A stretch of DNA of 64,000 nt from Phyllosticta citribraziliensis (taxonomy: Eukaryota), in assembly GCF_038025025.1 (NCBI RefSeq), contig NW_027117340.1:310001-374000 (forward strand). The letters are read 5' to 3'. The notes below the pieces were generated by a model. The model was given only the letters and a program-made list of their open reading frames with translations, was not told the origin of the DNA and did no database searches. Positions 25,314 through 38,820 of this stretch are shown one piece after another (positions within the stretch are counted from its first letter, which is position 1; every line of letters starts with the position of its first letter). Position numbers and translations under genes: made by a program.

Positions 25314-27047
25314 CTAGTACTCGGCCTCCTCAAGACCCTCCTCGTCCAGCGCATCGCTGGCAACCTCCTCGTAGTCCTTCTCAAGAGCCGCAAGGTCCTC
25401 ACGTGCCTCGGAGAATTCACCCTCCTCCATGCCCTCACCAACGTACCAGTGAACGAAGGCGCGCTTGCTGTACATGAGGTCGAACTTGTGGTCCAGACGG
25501 CTCCACGCCTCGGCAATGGCAGTCGTGTTGGACAGCATGCTGACGGAGCGGTCGACCGGAGCAAGCTCGCCGCCGGGCACGCGCATCGGCTTCTGGTAGT
25601 TGATGCCAATCTTGAAACCAGTCGGGCACCACTCGACCAGGTTGAATGAAGCCTTGGCCTTGAGCGCAGCAACCGCCGCGTTGCAGTCGCGGGGAACGAC
25701 GTCGCCGCGGTACAGCAGGGCGACGGCCATGTACTTGCCGTTGCGAGGGTCGCAGACGACCATCTGGTTGTTGGGCTCGAAGCCTGCAGAAATGGTGAGC
25801 ATGCATCTGGTAGCTTCACAGAAAACACATACACTGGAAGGTCAGGTCGTTGACCTTGAAGCTCTCGTGCGAGCTCTTGTTGGCAGAAATGACCGGCGCA
25901 TAGCTGATCAAGGGGTAGTGGATACGGGGGTAGGGCACCAGGTTGGTCTGGAACTCGTTCAGGTCGACGTTGAGCGCACCATCGAAGCGGAGCGACGAGG
26001 TGATGGAGCTGACGACCTGAGCAATCAGACGGTTGAGGTGCTCGTAGCTGGGACGAGGAATGTCGAGGTTGCGACGGCAAATGTCGTAGACGGCCTCGTT
26101 GTCGACCAGGAACGTACAGTCCGAGTTCTCAATGGTGCTGTGGGTCGAGAGGACGGCGTTGTACGGCTCGACGACGGCAGTAGAGACACGGGGCGCAGGG
26201 TAGACGGCAAACTCGAGCTTGGACTTCTTTCCGTAGTCGGTCGACAGGCGCTCCAAAAGGAGAGCACCGAAACCAGAGCCGGTACCACCGCCGAAGGAGT
26301 GGAAGATCAGGAATCCCTGAAGCGACGAGCAGTTGTCTACCAATGGTTAAACGTGCACACATGGTCTGAACAAGGCAAACAAACCTGCGACGCGGCGGAC
26401 GCGGTCAATGACATTGTCAACGAGCTCCTTTCCAATGGTGTAGTGACCACGAGCGTCTGTCATGCGTCAGCTGTCAATCCAGCACTAGCTCCATCCCTGA
26501 ACCTACAGTTGTTGGCAGCATCCTCCTTGCCGCTAATCAAAAGCTCGGGGTGGAAAAGCTGCCTGTATTGGCCGGTGCGGATCTCGTCAACGGGCTAGTC
26601 CGACGTCAGTCTTGTCCCGGCGCAGTAAACCAAATTGTCCGTAGCTGCTCACCGAGGGGTCGAGGTCGACAAAGATGGAGCGAGGGACGTATTTGCCGCT
26701 GCCGGTCTCGGTGAAGAAGGTCTCAAAGGAGCCACCCTCGGTGTCGGCCTGGCTCTCGGGGTCGGGGCGACCGTCGGCCTTGAGACCGTGCTCCAGGAGG
26801 TAGCTGGGCGAGCGGCGTCAGTGGCAGGTATCGTCAAGGTCGAAATTCTGATGCTTACAGCTCCCAGGCGCTGTTGCCGAGCTGGATACCAGCTTGACCG
26901 ATGTGGATGTGGCAGACCTACGCGTCGAGACGTGTCAGCGAGAGGGTGCAGATCAGGGGAAGACGGCGAGGAGACGAGACGCGGTGCGAAACGCGCAGGT
27001 GTAGGGTGTCGACGAGGCAGAATTGGGCAACGAACCTCTCCCCTCAT
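25314..27047 (-). CDS. tubB: Alpha-tubulin, MRGE-starting (TubB/alpha-2 type), 7 exons
   Basis: Exons 27036-27047, 26859-26917, 26653-26803, 26507-26594, 26385-26456, 25833-26336, 25314-25783. Motifs [43 protein letters not shown]-terminus EEAEY. Confidence 0.95.
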
Positions 27048-27959
27048 GATTGCTGTGTTGTGGGTATCTTGTGGTGATGGGTGTGAAGGAGACGACGTTG
27101 GTTCAAAGGATGGGTGTAGAGTCGGCGTTGGTGTTGACAATCGAATAGCGGGGCCATCAAAATAGGCCGTGCAGGGATGCGCGACTCCTCGGCCAATCAA
27201 ATGCACCGCCGCCCGACCTGAGCTCGACGTCAAACACCAACGCACGCGCTTCCAGCTCATCAATTGCTTCGCTACACCGTCAATGGCAGTCCTCAGCCTC
27301 TAGAGCCCGACGTCCACCGCGAAACACGCCATCTGTCCGCTGTCGCGTTTCTGGCCAGCGGCTGCCAGCGTCCTGCCGTCTGTAGGAGCCCTGCTTGCTG
27401 TGCTGCCGACTTTTCTCCTGAGCCAGAGCCATCTCAATTTGAGCGAAATGAGTATCTTGATGGCCGCATGGCAGCATGAACTCCAGGCTGATCATGGAGC
27501 TTTCTTCACATTCGCACCTCTCCGCAAATAACGCCACCCGCGGCGCATGGAATCCCCACATGGCGCCCCTGCGGCAATCCTGTGCAAGTTGGCGCCCGAA
27601 ATTAGCGTCTCACCCGAGCTCCCCTCTGACCGGTTACCTTGCAAAGAGGATGAGACTCGGTCAGCTCTGTCTCCAGTAAGCTGGACATGTTCTCACAAGT
27701 CACGGTTCTTTGATGGAAAACACAATTGGCAAGACACGTGATGTCTTGGGGCCGCCGAAACACTAGGAGACATGAATCCTTTTCGATAGCTCGTTACATC
27801 TGTTTTTGTCTAGCCGTTGCCTTCAAATATGCGCCATAGCCATGCTCCATCACAGACCGTTTGCAAGTAGAGTCAACTCGACATCTTCCCCCTTGCACTC
27901 GTCAGTATCGCCCACCTACCAACTTCTGAAGGGGTACTCACGATGCACTCGCCATATCA

Positions 27960-28825
27960 CTACTCGGCCTCCTTGACATGGCCATTGGCAGGAACAGCGG
28001 AGACGCCCTCAGCGTTGGCCTTGGCCGATTCAACCGCCTCCGTCTTCTCGGCCATGGCCTTGTTGGCAGATTCTTTGTCGACAGACTTGGCCTCGCCGGT
28101 CTTGCTGAACTCCTCCTCGAGCTCCTTCTGAAACGCATCCTTGGCCTCTCTGATGACCACATCGAGAGCCTTGGCCTTGAACTGGTCGGCTTTGGCCTTG
28201 TCGACAGAGGACATGCGGCGAGGGGCAACGTTCTCGGTGGCATCCGACGCCGTGGTCGACTTGGCTCCGTCGTTCTGGGCACCTTCGTCTTTCTCGTCGG
28301 CATCGCTCTTCTTGGCCTCGCGCTCGTTGGCAGCGGCAACGCGTTGAGCTGCAGCAGAGATGCTGTCCTTGGGAGGGTAGTGACCGAGGACCTTGTGCTC
28401 CTTGCTCAGGACGTGCTGGGCATCTTCCTTGGTGACAGACGAAGGGGATACGCGGAGCTTCTCCTCGATCTCGTCGGCGATCTTGTGGAAGTTCTGCATC
28501 GGGTCAGCGGGACGACGCGAAGCAAAGTCGGAGTGGAGTCGGCTACCTCGACCTTGTCAGCCATGGCCTGGACCTGAGCCGCAACAGAGCCAGAGGGAGG
28601 ACGGTGGCCCAAGGCCTTGTGCTCGACACTCTCGATGCGAGCGGCATCCTTCTTGGTGACATGGAGAGGATCTTCCATGGCCTTGGCGGCCATGAGCTTC
28701 TCGATGTCGTCGGTCAGGTTCTTGCTGTCAGACCTCTTCCTGGTCATGGTCGGAGGGACCTGTTCCTTGTCCTTGGTGGAAGCAGGAAGAGCAGACGTCG
28801 GCTCGGGCGAGGAAGTGGACGGCAT
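27960..28825 (-). CDS. Hydrophilic LEA/seed-maturation-protein (SMP)-like protein with two internal repeats, 2 exons
   Basis: Intron 28494-28546 (GTAGCC/GCTGAC/CAG). Repeats VTKKDAARIESVEHKALGHRPPSGSVAAQVQAMA and VTKEDAQHVLSKEHKVLGHYPPKDSISAAAQRVA. Confidence 0.75.
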
Positions 28826-30304
28826 GATGGTAGGTGTTGCAAGTGGATTTTGAACGAGGTTTTGAATTCTCAAGAGGTTGCAGTGCGAAGAAGCGTTGAG
28901 AAGAGTAGACGGTGAGGAGGAGACGAGAGAAGAGGAAGAAGCAAAAGTTGGCGTTAAAAGGTGGCAATCATGGCGGGCAAGCACTGCAGGCAGTCGCATG
29001 CTGTCCTGGGGAAGGACCACTGGGTCACGTCTACCATCCACGGGCAGCAGTCACTCAACAACAGTCGGCGTACCAGTAAGTGCAAACCGAACAGGCGACA
29101 TGAAGCTTGGAATGCTCTGCTCTTTGCCGTGCCCAACATTCACGCCGCTACCAGGCCGACCGGTACCAAACATGGCCACTGGTCCGAAGTTCTCCATGGT
29201 GTTTGTGCGTGGTGTTTGCAAACATGACGTACTTGAGGCTATTTCAGGTGTCGCAAACACTGTGGGGGAAGATGGTTTCCCAGCTACAGGCTTGAAGGGG
29301 TGTCGTGGGGTTCTCGATGCGTGGAGTGATGGCAAAAGGCACAGTGCTTCTTTGAAATAGACGCGTTCCGCCTGTTTGAGGATGTCAAGGGGACTGCGCC
29401 ACCTAAACAAAAAGCTTATCGCGATTCACGAACACGAGCACAGGGGGTGGAGGCCTGGGCGAACGAGTGGACGGTAAGCAAGGAAGGATGCAGCGACGAA
29501 ATTGAGCTGTGGTCAACCATGGACGCAAGTGGATGGGCTTGGGTGACACTGACGCGTCGAGCAAAAGGATAGGTGCAGCCTCGGCTAGACACATGGCTTG
29601 GCTGAGGTGGGTTCTTTGTTGAGGCCAAAGTCCGGAGAAGGTGGGGACGAGCTACCCTGGATCAGAGGATGCAACCCTAGATGACGTCGCTGGAGTCCAT
29701 GTCTCGAGATGGATCGGGAGGTTGGTCCGAGCCAACGGTGCTGGCACCGGTGTACTGTACCTAGACATGGAGAAGAGGAGAACTGGAGTTGGTTGCTCTC
29801 ACCACTCACAACTCACAACTCACAACTCCAGTGCGACGACGACCGATGGGCCTGCAGCGTGCGGTGGCCAGGACAGGCCTGCTGGAGGCCAATTAAGCTG
29901 TCCGTTAGGTTGGTCCTGACGCCAAGCGGTGCAAAAAGGCGCGAGCCGCATCGGCATGGCCGGAACGAGGCAGGGAATCGTGGGCTTGCACAAACGAAAC
30001 ACGCCCATCGTCATCCCAGCCGCTGCCCTACTCCCTCCCACTAGACAAGCTAGCCCAAGGCGCGTGCGACGTCCATCTTTTTTTTCTTAGTCCGTACTCC
30101 ATTGCCCTGCTTTTGTACCACCCTGATAAGCATGCCCAACCATCGCGCCATATCTCTCATGACCCTGCAGCTTCGAACGTCGTCTCCTTTTCCTCGCCGT
30201 CACGTCCCTCGTCGTCTTCCTCACCCTCCGCCCCGCAAGTGATCTGCTCGCATCACGCACGCCCCGACTCGACCACCCCATTGGTATCTCTCCACTCTGC
30301 TGCA

Positions 30305-33300
30305 ATGACCTCGCCTGCCGACGAAAAGGACGAGCCCAGATATCACAGACTCCATGCCCACGTAGAGCCTGCCTCGGACGAGGACCAACACTGGAGCACC
30401 AACGATGGTTCGACGCGCCACAACTCCGAGGCCCAGAACAACAATGGCTCCGATCGACTTCGCCCGCCTGCAAGTGACCAGCACTTGACCGTCGGCACAG
30501 ATGTCGACACAATCAAGGATAGGAATCGCCTGCACTCGCCCTCGGCCACCAGAGAGCGGACGAAGCGTCTGGACGACGACTTGCAATTGCTGCAGATCGA
30601 ACGTCAAATATCCCAGCAAGAAGACGCCGCCGCCGCCGACCGCGCCCTGCACCCCTCGAGATCTCGCTACCAAGAGCCCGTCGACGACTTTGCCGCCGCG
30701 ACAAACCCTTTGCACGAGACGGCCGCTACCGTTTACAAGCCTCCTGAGAATCCAACCACAAACTTTGCCAGGTTCTTCAAGAAAATCCACAACTCCAGTT
30801 GGCTGATCCGCTACCTCACATACGTCGTTCCCGTCGTCATCATCCTCTTGGTTCCTCTGCTCATCGGCGCTCTCAAATACAACAGTGCCACCGTCGGCGG
30901 TGTGCAGCTACTATGGTTTGCTGTGTGGTTGGAGATTGTGTGGTTGACCATGTGGGCCGGCCGGGTAATTGGACCCCTTGACCGCAAAATTCCAAAGCTA
31001 AACCAACACCTCACAGATTCTCGCCAAATGTCTTCCGTGGCCAATCGGCATCATATCCAGCATCTTCACCAACAATGGCAAAAAGTGGCGCGACATGGGC
31101 AAGCAGCTGGAGGTGCCGGCAACCCTCTTCTTCTGGTGGCTCGCAATCATCATCTCCTTTTACCCCACCATGACGAGCCACCACCTTGACCCTGCCTGGA
31201 AAGGCAGAATCAAGCCGTGGGAAAAGACGACTTACAAGGTCTTCATATCCATCTTTGTTGGCTTCATTCTCAACTTTGCCGAAAAAATCATCATCCAGCT
31301 CATCGCCATCAGTTTCCACTTGCGGACGTATGCAGACCGCATTGAGTTGAACAAGTTTCAGATTGGCAGTCTGGTCAAGCTCTACACCTTTTCCAAGACA
31401 AAAATTGCCATGGAGGATTCCGAGTTCGAAGCCCGCGAGTCCATGCCGGCCTCGGGAGCCCTGACCCCTGCCCAGCTAGTCAAGGAGGCCCAGAAGAACA
31501 CCAAAGAGGCCATCACCAAATTTGGCGACGTGGCAGGGAGGATCGCTGCCGACTTCACTGGTCGCGTCATCAACAAGAGCAACCATCCCCATCAAGTCAT
31601 TCTGACCCTGCTGAGTTCCACCTCGGGCAGTCAAGTGCTGGCTCGCCGCCTCTACCGCACCTTTGCTCGCGAGGAGACCGAAACCGTCCACCCAGACGAC
31701 TTGAAGAACGCGTTTGACAACGATGAGGAGGCCGACGCCGCCTTTACCATGTTTGACAAGGACATGAATGGCGACATTTCCATGGAAGAGCTGGAGGCTG
31801 TCTGCGTCGAAATCGGCCGTGAGCGCAAGGCTATTACCGCCTCTCTCAAAGATCTGGACTCGGTCATCTCCAAGCTTGACGACGTTTTGATCTTCGTTGT
31901 TGCCGTCGTCACCATTCTCGTCTTCATCTCTCTCATTTCCACATCCGCGGCCGGTGTCTTGACTTCGGCAGGTTCTTCGGTTCTTGCCTTGTCCTGGCTC
32001 TTCTCTGCCACGGCTCAAGAATTCCTGCAGTCCATCATCTTCGTCTTCGTCAAGCATCCGTTCGACGTTGGCGATCGAGTAACCGTTTATGGCACCACTG
32101 GTTCCAATGGCCTTGGCGACGACTACTTTGTCAAGGAGATTGCTCTCTTGTACACCGAATTCAAGAAGATGGAAGGCCACGTTGTGCAGGCTCCCAACAG
32201 CTACCTCAATCAACTCTTCATCCTCAACCAGCGTCGTTCTGGCGGTCTCGCCGAGGCCGTCCCAGTCTGCATCAAGTTTGGAACTACCCTCGAACAGATT
32301 GATTCGCTGCGCACCAAGCTTCTCGAGTTTGTCCGCGCCGAAAAGCGCGAATACCAGGGTAACATCCTCACCGAGCTTCGCGAAGTGACGGAAGTGCACT
32401 CGCTCACGCTCAATGTCGTCTTCTTCTACAAGTCCAACTGGCAGAACGAATTGCTCCGTCTCCAACGCCGCAACAAGTTCATCTGCGCCCTGATGATTAC
32501 CATGCAGGAGTGCGGCATAGAAGGCCCCCGCATGCGGTACCCTGGTCAGAAGGAGTCGTTCCCTGTATACCTCCAAAATGTTCCTCATCTTTCTACCCCT
32601 GGCTCGGGTCGCAACGGCCACCCGGACAACCCGAGCGGCTGGATGGACGAGTCCCGCCAGGATGGCAGACCTTCGACGCCTCCTTTCGTGCCAGCCGCCT
32701 CTCAGTCTCCCCAGGTTGGCAGTTCTACGCGCGACCAATCGCAGCAGCCGCCCTCCATCCTCCGACAGCGCGGCAGCAGCATCAGCGGGTTCGGCAACAG
32801 GGCACGCGGCGAGTCTCTGGCAGCCATGGGCCGTCGCGTCGACTTTTCGCTCGGCATGAAGGACATCAGCGCCTCGGACATGACGGGCGATGTTTTCGAC
32901 GATCCGCCGCCGCGCCGCCTTCCCAGCAACTTTGCATCCGGAGCAAACGCCACCACATCGTCGCTCGCCACAAACGGCGCCTCCCGCATGCGTACCTCGC
33001 AGGACACGGCCCGCAGCACCGGGCGCGACAGCCACGACCTAGTCCACGTGTCGTCCGACATTAGCAATGCGCGCTCGCGCACCAGCCACAAGAACCGCTT
33101 CTTCTCGCGCAGCAGGATGCGGCGCGGCGGCGGGCCAGACGAGCAAGACGACGTCGAGACGGGCCTGGGCGTGACGACCGGCCCTCCTCCCACCACCACC
33201 GCACCGCCCATGTCCGAGATCCCTGAGCGCCAGAGCGGCGCCGAAGACTCGAACGAGAGCAGCGGCGCGGCGGGCCGCGGCAGCCGCATCATGGCGCAGC

Positions 33301-33569
33301 ACGGCAGCCGTGGCAACAGCAACAACGAGCCCATCGACCCGCGCACCGGCCTGGTCTCCCCGGTGGCCTACGGCGACCACCCCAGCGACGGCCACTTGCC
33401 GGTCGGCGACCGCCCGCCTGTGTCGGCGGGCTTGCATGGAGCCGGATACACGGCTAGCGGTGCGCTTCGGGACGAGGATGATGATGACGATAGCTTTGGT
33501 GGCAGGACGAGTCCTCAGATGGCCATGCGCTCGCGCACGGAGAATTGGAGTCCTGGCCGGATCGGATAG
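30305..33569 (+). CDS. MscS-like mechanosensitive channel with EF-hand (Msy1/Msy2 family), 2 exons
   Basis: Intron 30965-31016. Multiple TM segments, [16 protein letters not shown]-hand [12 protein letters not shown], MscS core [27 protein letters not shown]. Confidence 0.93.
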
Positions 33570-33590
33570 AATCTGTCGGGGTCGACTGTA

Positions 33591-33882
33591 TGAGTGAGTG
33601 AGTGAGTGAGTGAGTGGGTAGGTCGCTTTTTGGCTTAAGGGATCAGATTGTGTCAGGCCTTAAGGAGCCTCGAAGCGAAGGTGTTGGGTTTCTGTATTTT
33701 TCATTTCATTTCTTCTCTTCTTGCGCATGCAACGTTTTTGTGGCCTGACCCACCAGACTGGCCAAAGGAGTCGAAATTTGTTTTCGCTGGTGCTGCTGCT
33801 GCTGCTGCTTTTCTCAGCGAGGGGTCGGTCATCCCAGGCAACTTGGCTTTTGGGATGGTGTTTTTTTTTTTTTTTTTTTTTT
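33591..33882. repeat. Cluster of simple repeats in the 3' region: (GAGT)n, (GCT)n and a poly-T run
   Basis: tgagtgagtg... at ~33591-33615, gctgctgct at ~33792-33809, T run at ~33861-33882. Confidence 0.85.
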
Positions 33883-34500
33883 GTGTGTTTTTGGGTTCTT
33901 ATTGTTATTTGATCGGGGTAGGCTGGGTGGGTTATGGGACACATACACGGACAAAAGCACATCTGGGCGGGTACTGTTGGAATGGGAAGGGTAGAGGGAT
34001 GCGATGGCTATTGCATAGATTGATTGATTGATTGATTCCGCGATTTATTGGTTGATTGATTTATTCGTTGATGGACTGACGTGTGGCGCTCTTACTCTAT
34101 GTTTTGTTTGTGCGATTGGTGGATTGGACTGCTGAGTTGATTGGTTGGATGGTTGGTCGGGTCGGAGGTGTTTAGTGGGAGGTGGTCTGCGAGTGGTATT
34201 CTAAGGTTGTGAGGAGTGGGTCTTGAATGCTCCGGTCTACTGCGCCCTAGATTGTCTCGAATGCTCCCTGCAATTGTCCATCGAAGCAGATGAATTCTCC
34301 TTGCATTGTTTCTCTACCTATATAATTATCCATGTGCCGCCTGTGCCACCTCTTCTACCGTTGAGCGGTGGCCACTGCGTAATTCCATCTAATCTTATCA
34401 ATCAACATCCCTGCCAAAATTTTGGGGCACCTCCACACTCGCTCTTCCTCTCTTGCACGACCTCCAGTATACCTTCCCGCCCAACCTCCCTACAGACAAG

Positions 34501-37083
34501 ATGCCCGAGGAGACGGACACCGTCGAAGCGCCCGCGCACAAGAAGAATTCGACCACAAGCACCGCCCCACCGGCCAAGAAGCGCAAGCGCGACTCCAACG
34601 ACGAGGCGCGGCGAACGACCCGCGAGCACCGCAGCGACAAACCCCCCAACAACAACACCAGACGCCACGGCGGGCCCAAAGACCGCAACGACAGCAAAGC
34701 GCAGCCCAACAATGGCAGTCTGGCGCAGAAGCGTGCTCGACTGCTCCCAGTGCGGCAAGCACTGCCCATCTGGAGCCAGCAAGAGACGATCCGCGCCTCC
34801 CTGCGCGACGAGAAGGACGTCATGATACTGGCGGGCGAGACGGGCTCCGGTAAATCGACGCAGGTGCCGCAGTTTTTGCTCGGCGAGCCGTGGCTGGCGG
34901 GCAAGCAGATCGCCATCACGCAGCCGCGCCGTGTGGCGGCGATATCGCTGGCGCGCCGCGTCGCCGAGGAGATGGGGTCGACGCTGGGCAACGCGAGTCC
35001 GCGGAGTACGGTCGGATACAGTGTGCGGTTTGACGTGTCGGTGGCGGCGGGGACGCGCATCAAATATCTCACCGAGGGTATGCTGTTGCAGGAGTTGCTG
35101 CGCGATCCGTGGCTCAAGGCGTACGGTTGCGTTGTTGTCGACGAGGTGCACGAGCGGAGTGTCAACGTGGATTTGGTGCTCGGCTTTTTGAGGCGCATCG
35201 TTTGTGGAGAGTGGCGGGAGAGGAGGGGTGGGCGGAGATTGAAGGTGGTGGTCATGAGTGCGACGGCGGATACGGAGAGGCTGCTAAGGTTCTTCGATGA
35301 GGGGTTTAGAGAGGTGCAGGGGAAGGAACGTGATGACAAGGACACGAATGCTCCCAAGACGGCGCCAGAGATTCAGAAAGACACGGATGCTCCCAAGACG
35401 GAGACAGAGATTCAGAAAGAGGAGGCATCAAAAAAGGAAGAGCTAGGAGGGAAGAAAGGGAAAAAGAACAAAAGGGGCAAGAAGAAGAAAGATGAAGAAC
35501 CTCAAGCCGCTCAACCTCGTCCTCCTCCTCCTCCGACAAAAGATGAAGCAGACCCAGCAACGCCGAAACATCATCCTTCGATATCTACATGCCACATCGA
35601 AGGGCGCATGTATCCCGTCAGAGTCCGCTACCTCCCTGAACCCACCACTGACATTCTCGAGGCGTCCCTCAAGACAATTTTCGAAGTACACGTCAAGGAG
35701 CCGCTGCCTGGCGACATTCTCGTCTTCCTGACAGGCCAAGATGCCATTGAAGCTTTAGAGAAGCTCGTCAACGAATACGCTGAAAGCATGAGTCCCGAAC
35801 TCCCCAAGATCCAGACGCTCCCCCTCTTCGCCGCACTCCCACAGCTCCTCCAACAGCGAGTCTTCCAGCCCCCGCCCCCACGGACGCGCAAGGTCATTCT
35901 GTCGACCAACATTGCCGAAACGTCCGTCACAGTTCCCGGAGTGCGCCACGTCGTCGACTGCGGCAAGTCCAAGGTGAAGCAGTTCCGGCCCGCGCTGAAC
36001 CTCGACTCGCTGCTTGTCAAGCCGATATCACAGTCAGCTGCCATCCAGCGCAAAGGTCGTGCGGGTCGTGAAGCGCCCGGCACGTGCTACCGGCTGTACA
36101 CGGAGGCGGCCTACGCGTCACTGCAAAAAGACACAACTCCTGAGATTCTCCGCTGCGATCTGAGCGCTGCGCTGCTCATGATGAAGGCGCGAGGCGTCCG
36201 CGACTTGCTCAACTTCCCTTTCCTAGACTCGCCATCGCGCGAGAGCCTCGAAAAAGCACTACTCCTACTGTACCAGCTCGGCGCGCTGGAAGACGACGGC
36301 GAAATCAGCGCCGTGGGCCGACAAATCGCACAGCTACCGCTTACACCGACGCTGGGTCGCTGTCTGGTCGAGGCGGCAACCGAGGAGCGCCAGTGCATCG
36401 ACGAGATGATCGACATCGTTGCCTCGCTGAGCGTCGAGAATGTCTTTCTGAATCTTTCGACCGAGGAGCAGCGCGAGGAGGCGGAGCTCGCACGGCGTGA
36501 CTTGTTTCGTCGTGAAGGCGACCATCTGACGCTGCTTGCAACGGTGCAGGCGTATGCGGCCGAGCATGCGAACCGCAAGGCGTGGTGTGAGAGGCGCGGC
36601 GTCAACCATCGCGCCATGCAGAATGTCATGGTAAGTTTCCCTTCCCCCTGTCTCTCCCCATTTATTCATCCATCCATCCATCCATCTACCAACGCCAAAG
36701 ATCAAACCCCCTAACTCTCCCCCTCCCAGGACGTCCGCAAGCAACTCCGCGCGCTCTGCACCTCGCTCAAACTGCTCTCGCCCTCCTCCTCTTCCTCCTC
36801 TCCCAACCCCACCAATAACAAATCCTCCGAAGACCACGCCAACAACATCCTGCTCTGCGTCCTCGCCGGCTTCGCGCCCAACACGGCGCGCCTCGTCCCC
36901 GACGGCAGCTACCGCACCATGGTCGGCAACCAGACCGTCACCATCCACCCGTCGAGCGTCCTGTTTGGCCGCAAGACCGAGGCCATTGTCTTCTCCGAGT
37001 TTGTCTTTACCAATAAGAGTTATGCGAGGGGCGTTAGTGCTGTGAGGTTGGATTGGGTGGGGCGCGCGCTGGGCGCTGAGTGA
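34501..37083 (+). CDS. DHR2: DEAH-box ATP-dependent RNA helicase DHR2/DHX33-like, 2 exons
   Basis: GETGSGKSTQ, TQPRRVAAISLA, DEVHER, MSAT, STNIAETSVT, QRKGRAGREAPG, HA2 and OB (IHPSSVLF). Intron 36631-36729. Confidence 0.9.
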
Positions 37084-37643
37084 GTTACGGGCTGGCAGTG
37101 TTGCGCGGACGGACTGACTGACTGGGAGCATTCGTTTCGGTGGTTCTGGGGATGTAGAGTATATGTGCCCGGTTCGTTTGCCGTACACCAAGGGACGGAC
37201 GGACTGACTTGTCTGGTTCACAAGCTTCCGCTTTTCTGTCCTTGAAGGCGCGTATGTATTGATGTATAGAGTGATCAGACCATTATTAAATTAGGGATAT
37301 ATGCTATTTCACTCTTTTTGGAGAAGAGCGGAAGTCCGGAAGAGCGCATTGTGATTGAAGTACGCGAAATCTTTCAAATGTGCTTTGCTCAGGGGGTTTT
37401 GAGCATCTCAGATACCCACCCGTCCATCCATTGTAAGGCCGGGGCCATTGCTCTCGCGGTCGCGGTATGCTCAGTCGTTGAGGTTCATGAAAGCCTTCTA
37501 GCGCGCGAGGGTGTAGTGGTGACGGGCCAGCATGCACTTCAATCAAGCAAGCCAGGTATACCTGTGCTCCCGGGGCTTGTATTCTAGGTCGGGCGCAACA
37601 CGCCGGCCGGTGCCCAGCTTGAATTGGATGGCGTTTAGACCCC

Positions 37644-37996
37644 CAGGGTGATAAGCAACGCAACGCAACGCAATATTTATAATAGTCGAAATGCGTTGCC
37701 CTGCTCAATTAGGTATTCTAGTTAAATTGAATTGCATGAATTGCACGCGTCCTATATCGCTTATTTTTCTATATACACTACCAGATCAGGAATGTGTCAC
37801 TGACTTCTGCCTAGGAGTATGGAAATCACTTAACTACTTTTTAGTCTTAATACTCTCACATAGACTAAGATTTATATGATAAGTACTAGGTGTAATCAGT
37901 GCAACGCAATATTAGCCACGTGATTGCTTGCTTTATGTCGAGTTGCGCAATTAAGCTATGCAATTAGTGTAACTGGTTGCATTGCTTACTACTCTG
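37644..37996. mobile_element. Degenerate non-autonomous TIR element (MITE, hAT-like CAG...CTG ends), 353 bp
   Basis: Left end CAGGGTGATAAGCAACGCAAC (37644-37664) matches the reverse complement of the right end CAGAGTAGTAAGCAATGCAAC (37976-37996) at 17/21, all mismatches transitions. AT/TpA-rich interior with GCAAC/TTGC subterminal motifs; no clean target-site duplication. Confidence 0.65.
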
Positions 37997-38316
37997 GGTG
38001 CCCCAGATGCTTGGCTTTGTCTCCGGGCAACTCGACATGCCGTATCTCTTCCACCCGTCTTTTTTGCTCTCTACAGTGGCCGGACGGACTTGTGTCTCGC
38101 GGACGGGTTGCAAGTGGACTATCATTTCGGTCTAAGTTTTAATGCGAATGCTAACAGCCAGCGCTTTGGTAATTGCATCTCACTTGTGCTTTTCAACCAC
38201 GTTTTTCATTACTGCACCGCTGATGGAAGAAGATGCAGAAATACTCTCTCTTTGACAATCTGGTGTCTCCTCGTCTGATGCGCCATCCCTCCGTCCGTCG
38301 ACCTTGGCTCGAGGCT

Positions 38317-38820
38317 CTACTGCTGAAGCCGGAGCCTTTCCAACTCTTTCTTCAGCTGCTGAGTTGGAAACATGGCCCTCGGAAATCGCACCATCGCCTC
38401 GCAGATAATCTCCGTCCCCTCTAGACGCCTCTTATCCTCCTCACTGAACAACTTCTTCGCCTCACGGACCACCTTCGCCGCCTCTCTGAGCCCTGCCGCC
38501 GCCTTTCTGAGCCCTGTCGCCGTCTTCACCAAGATGTCCGTCGCCACCCAGATTTCCTCACCACAAGTATCGGAGCTTATGTAATCACCGGTCTGATCGA
38601 TTGCTTTCTGCAGAATCGACACTTCAAGTGCGAGCTTCCTCCTCTGATCCTGATTTTAATTGAGTATTAGAATCATGTGTGTGGGCGCGATAGATGTCGG
38701 TGGTTACGTTGGACAAGAAACACTTACCGTAACATCCACAATCTTTTGCGCAAATTCGACAAAAGTCTTGTGAGAGTCTTCTCGGCTAGAGCTTGAGGAA
38801 GAGTCCGAGTTCAACTCCAT
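38317..38820 (-). CDS. Orphan ~142-aa helical protein, 2 exons
   Basis: MELNSDSSSSSSREDSHKTFVEFAQKIVDVT, intron 38650-38727 (GTAAGT/CTAAT/CAG, phase 0), then DQRRKLALEVSILQKAIDQ...LKKELERLRLQQ. TATATAAA about 90 nt upstream (38911-38918). Confidence 0.65.
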
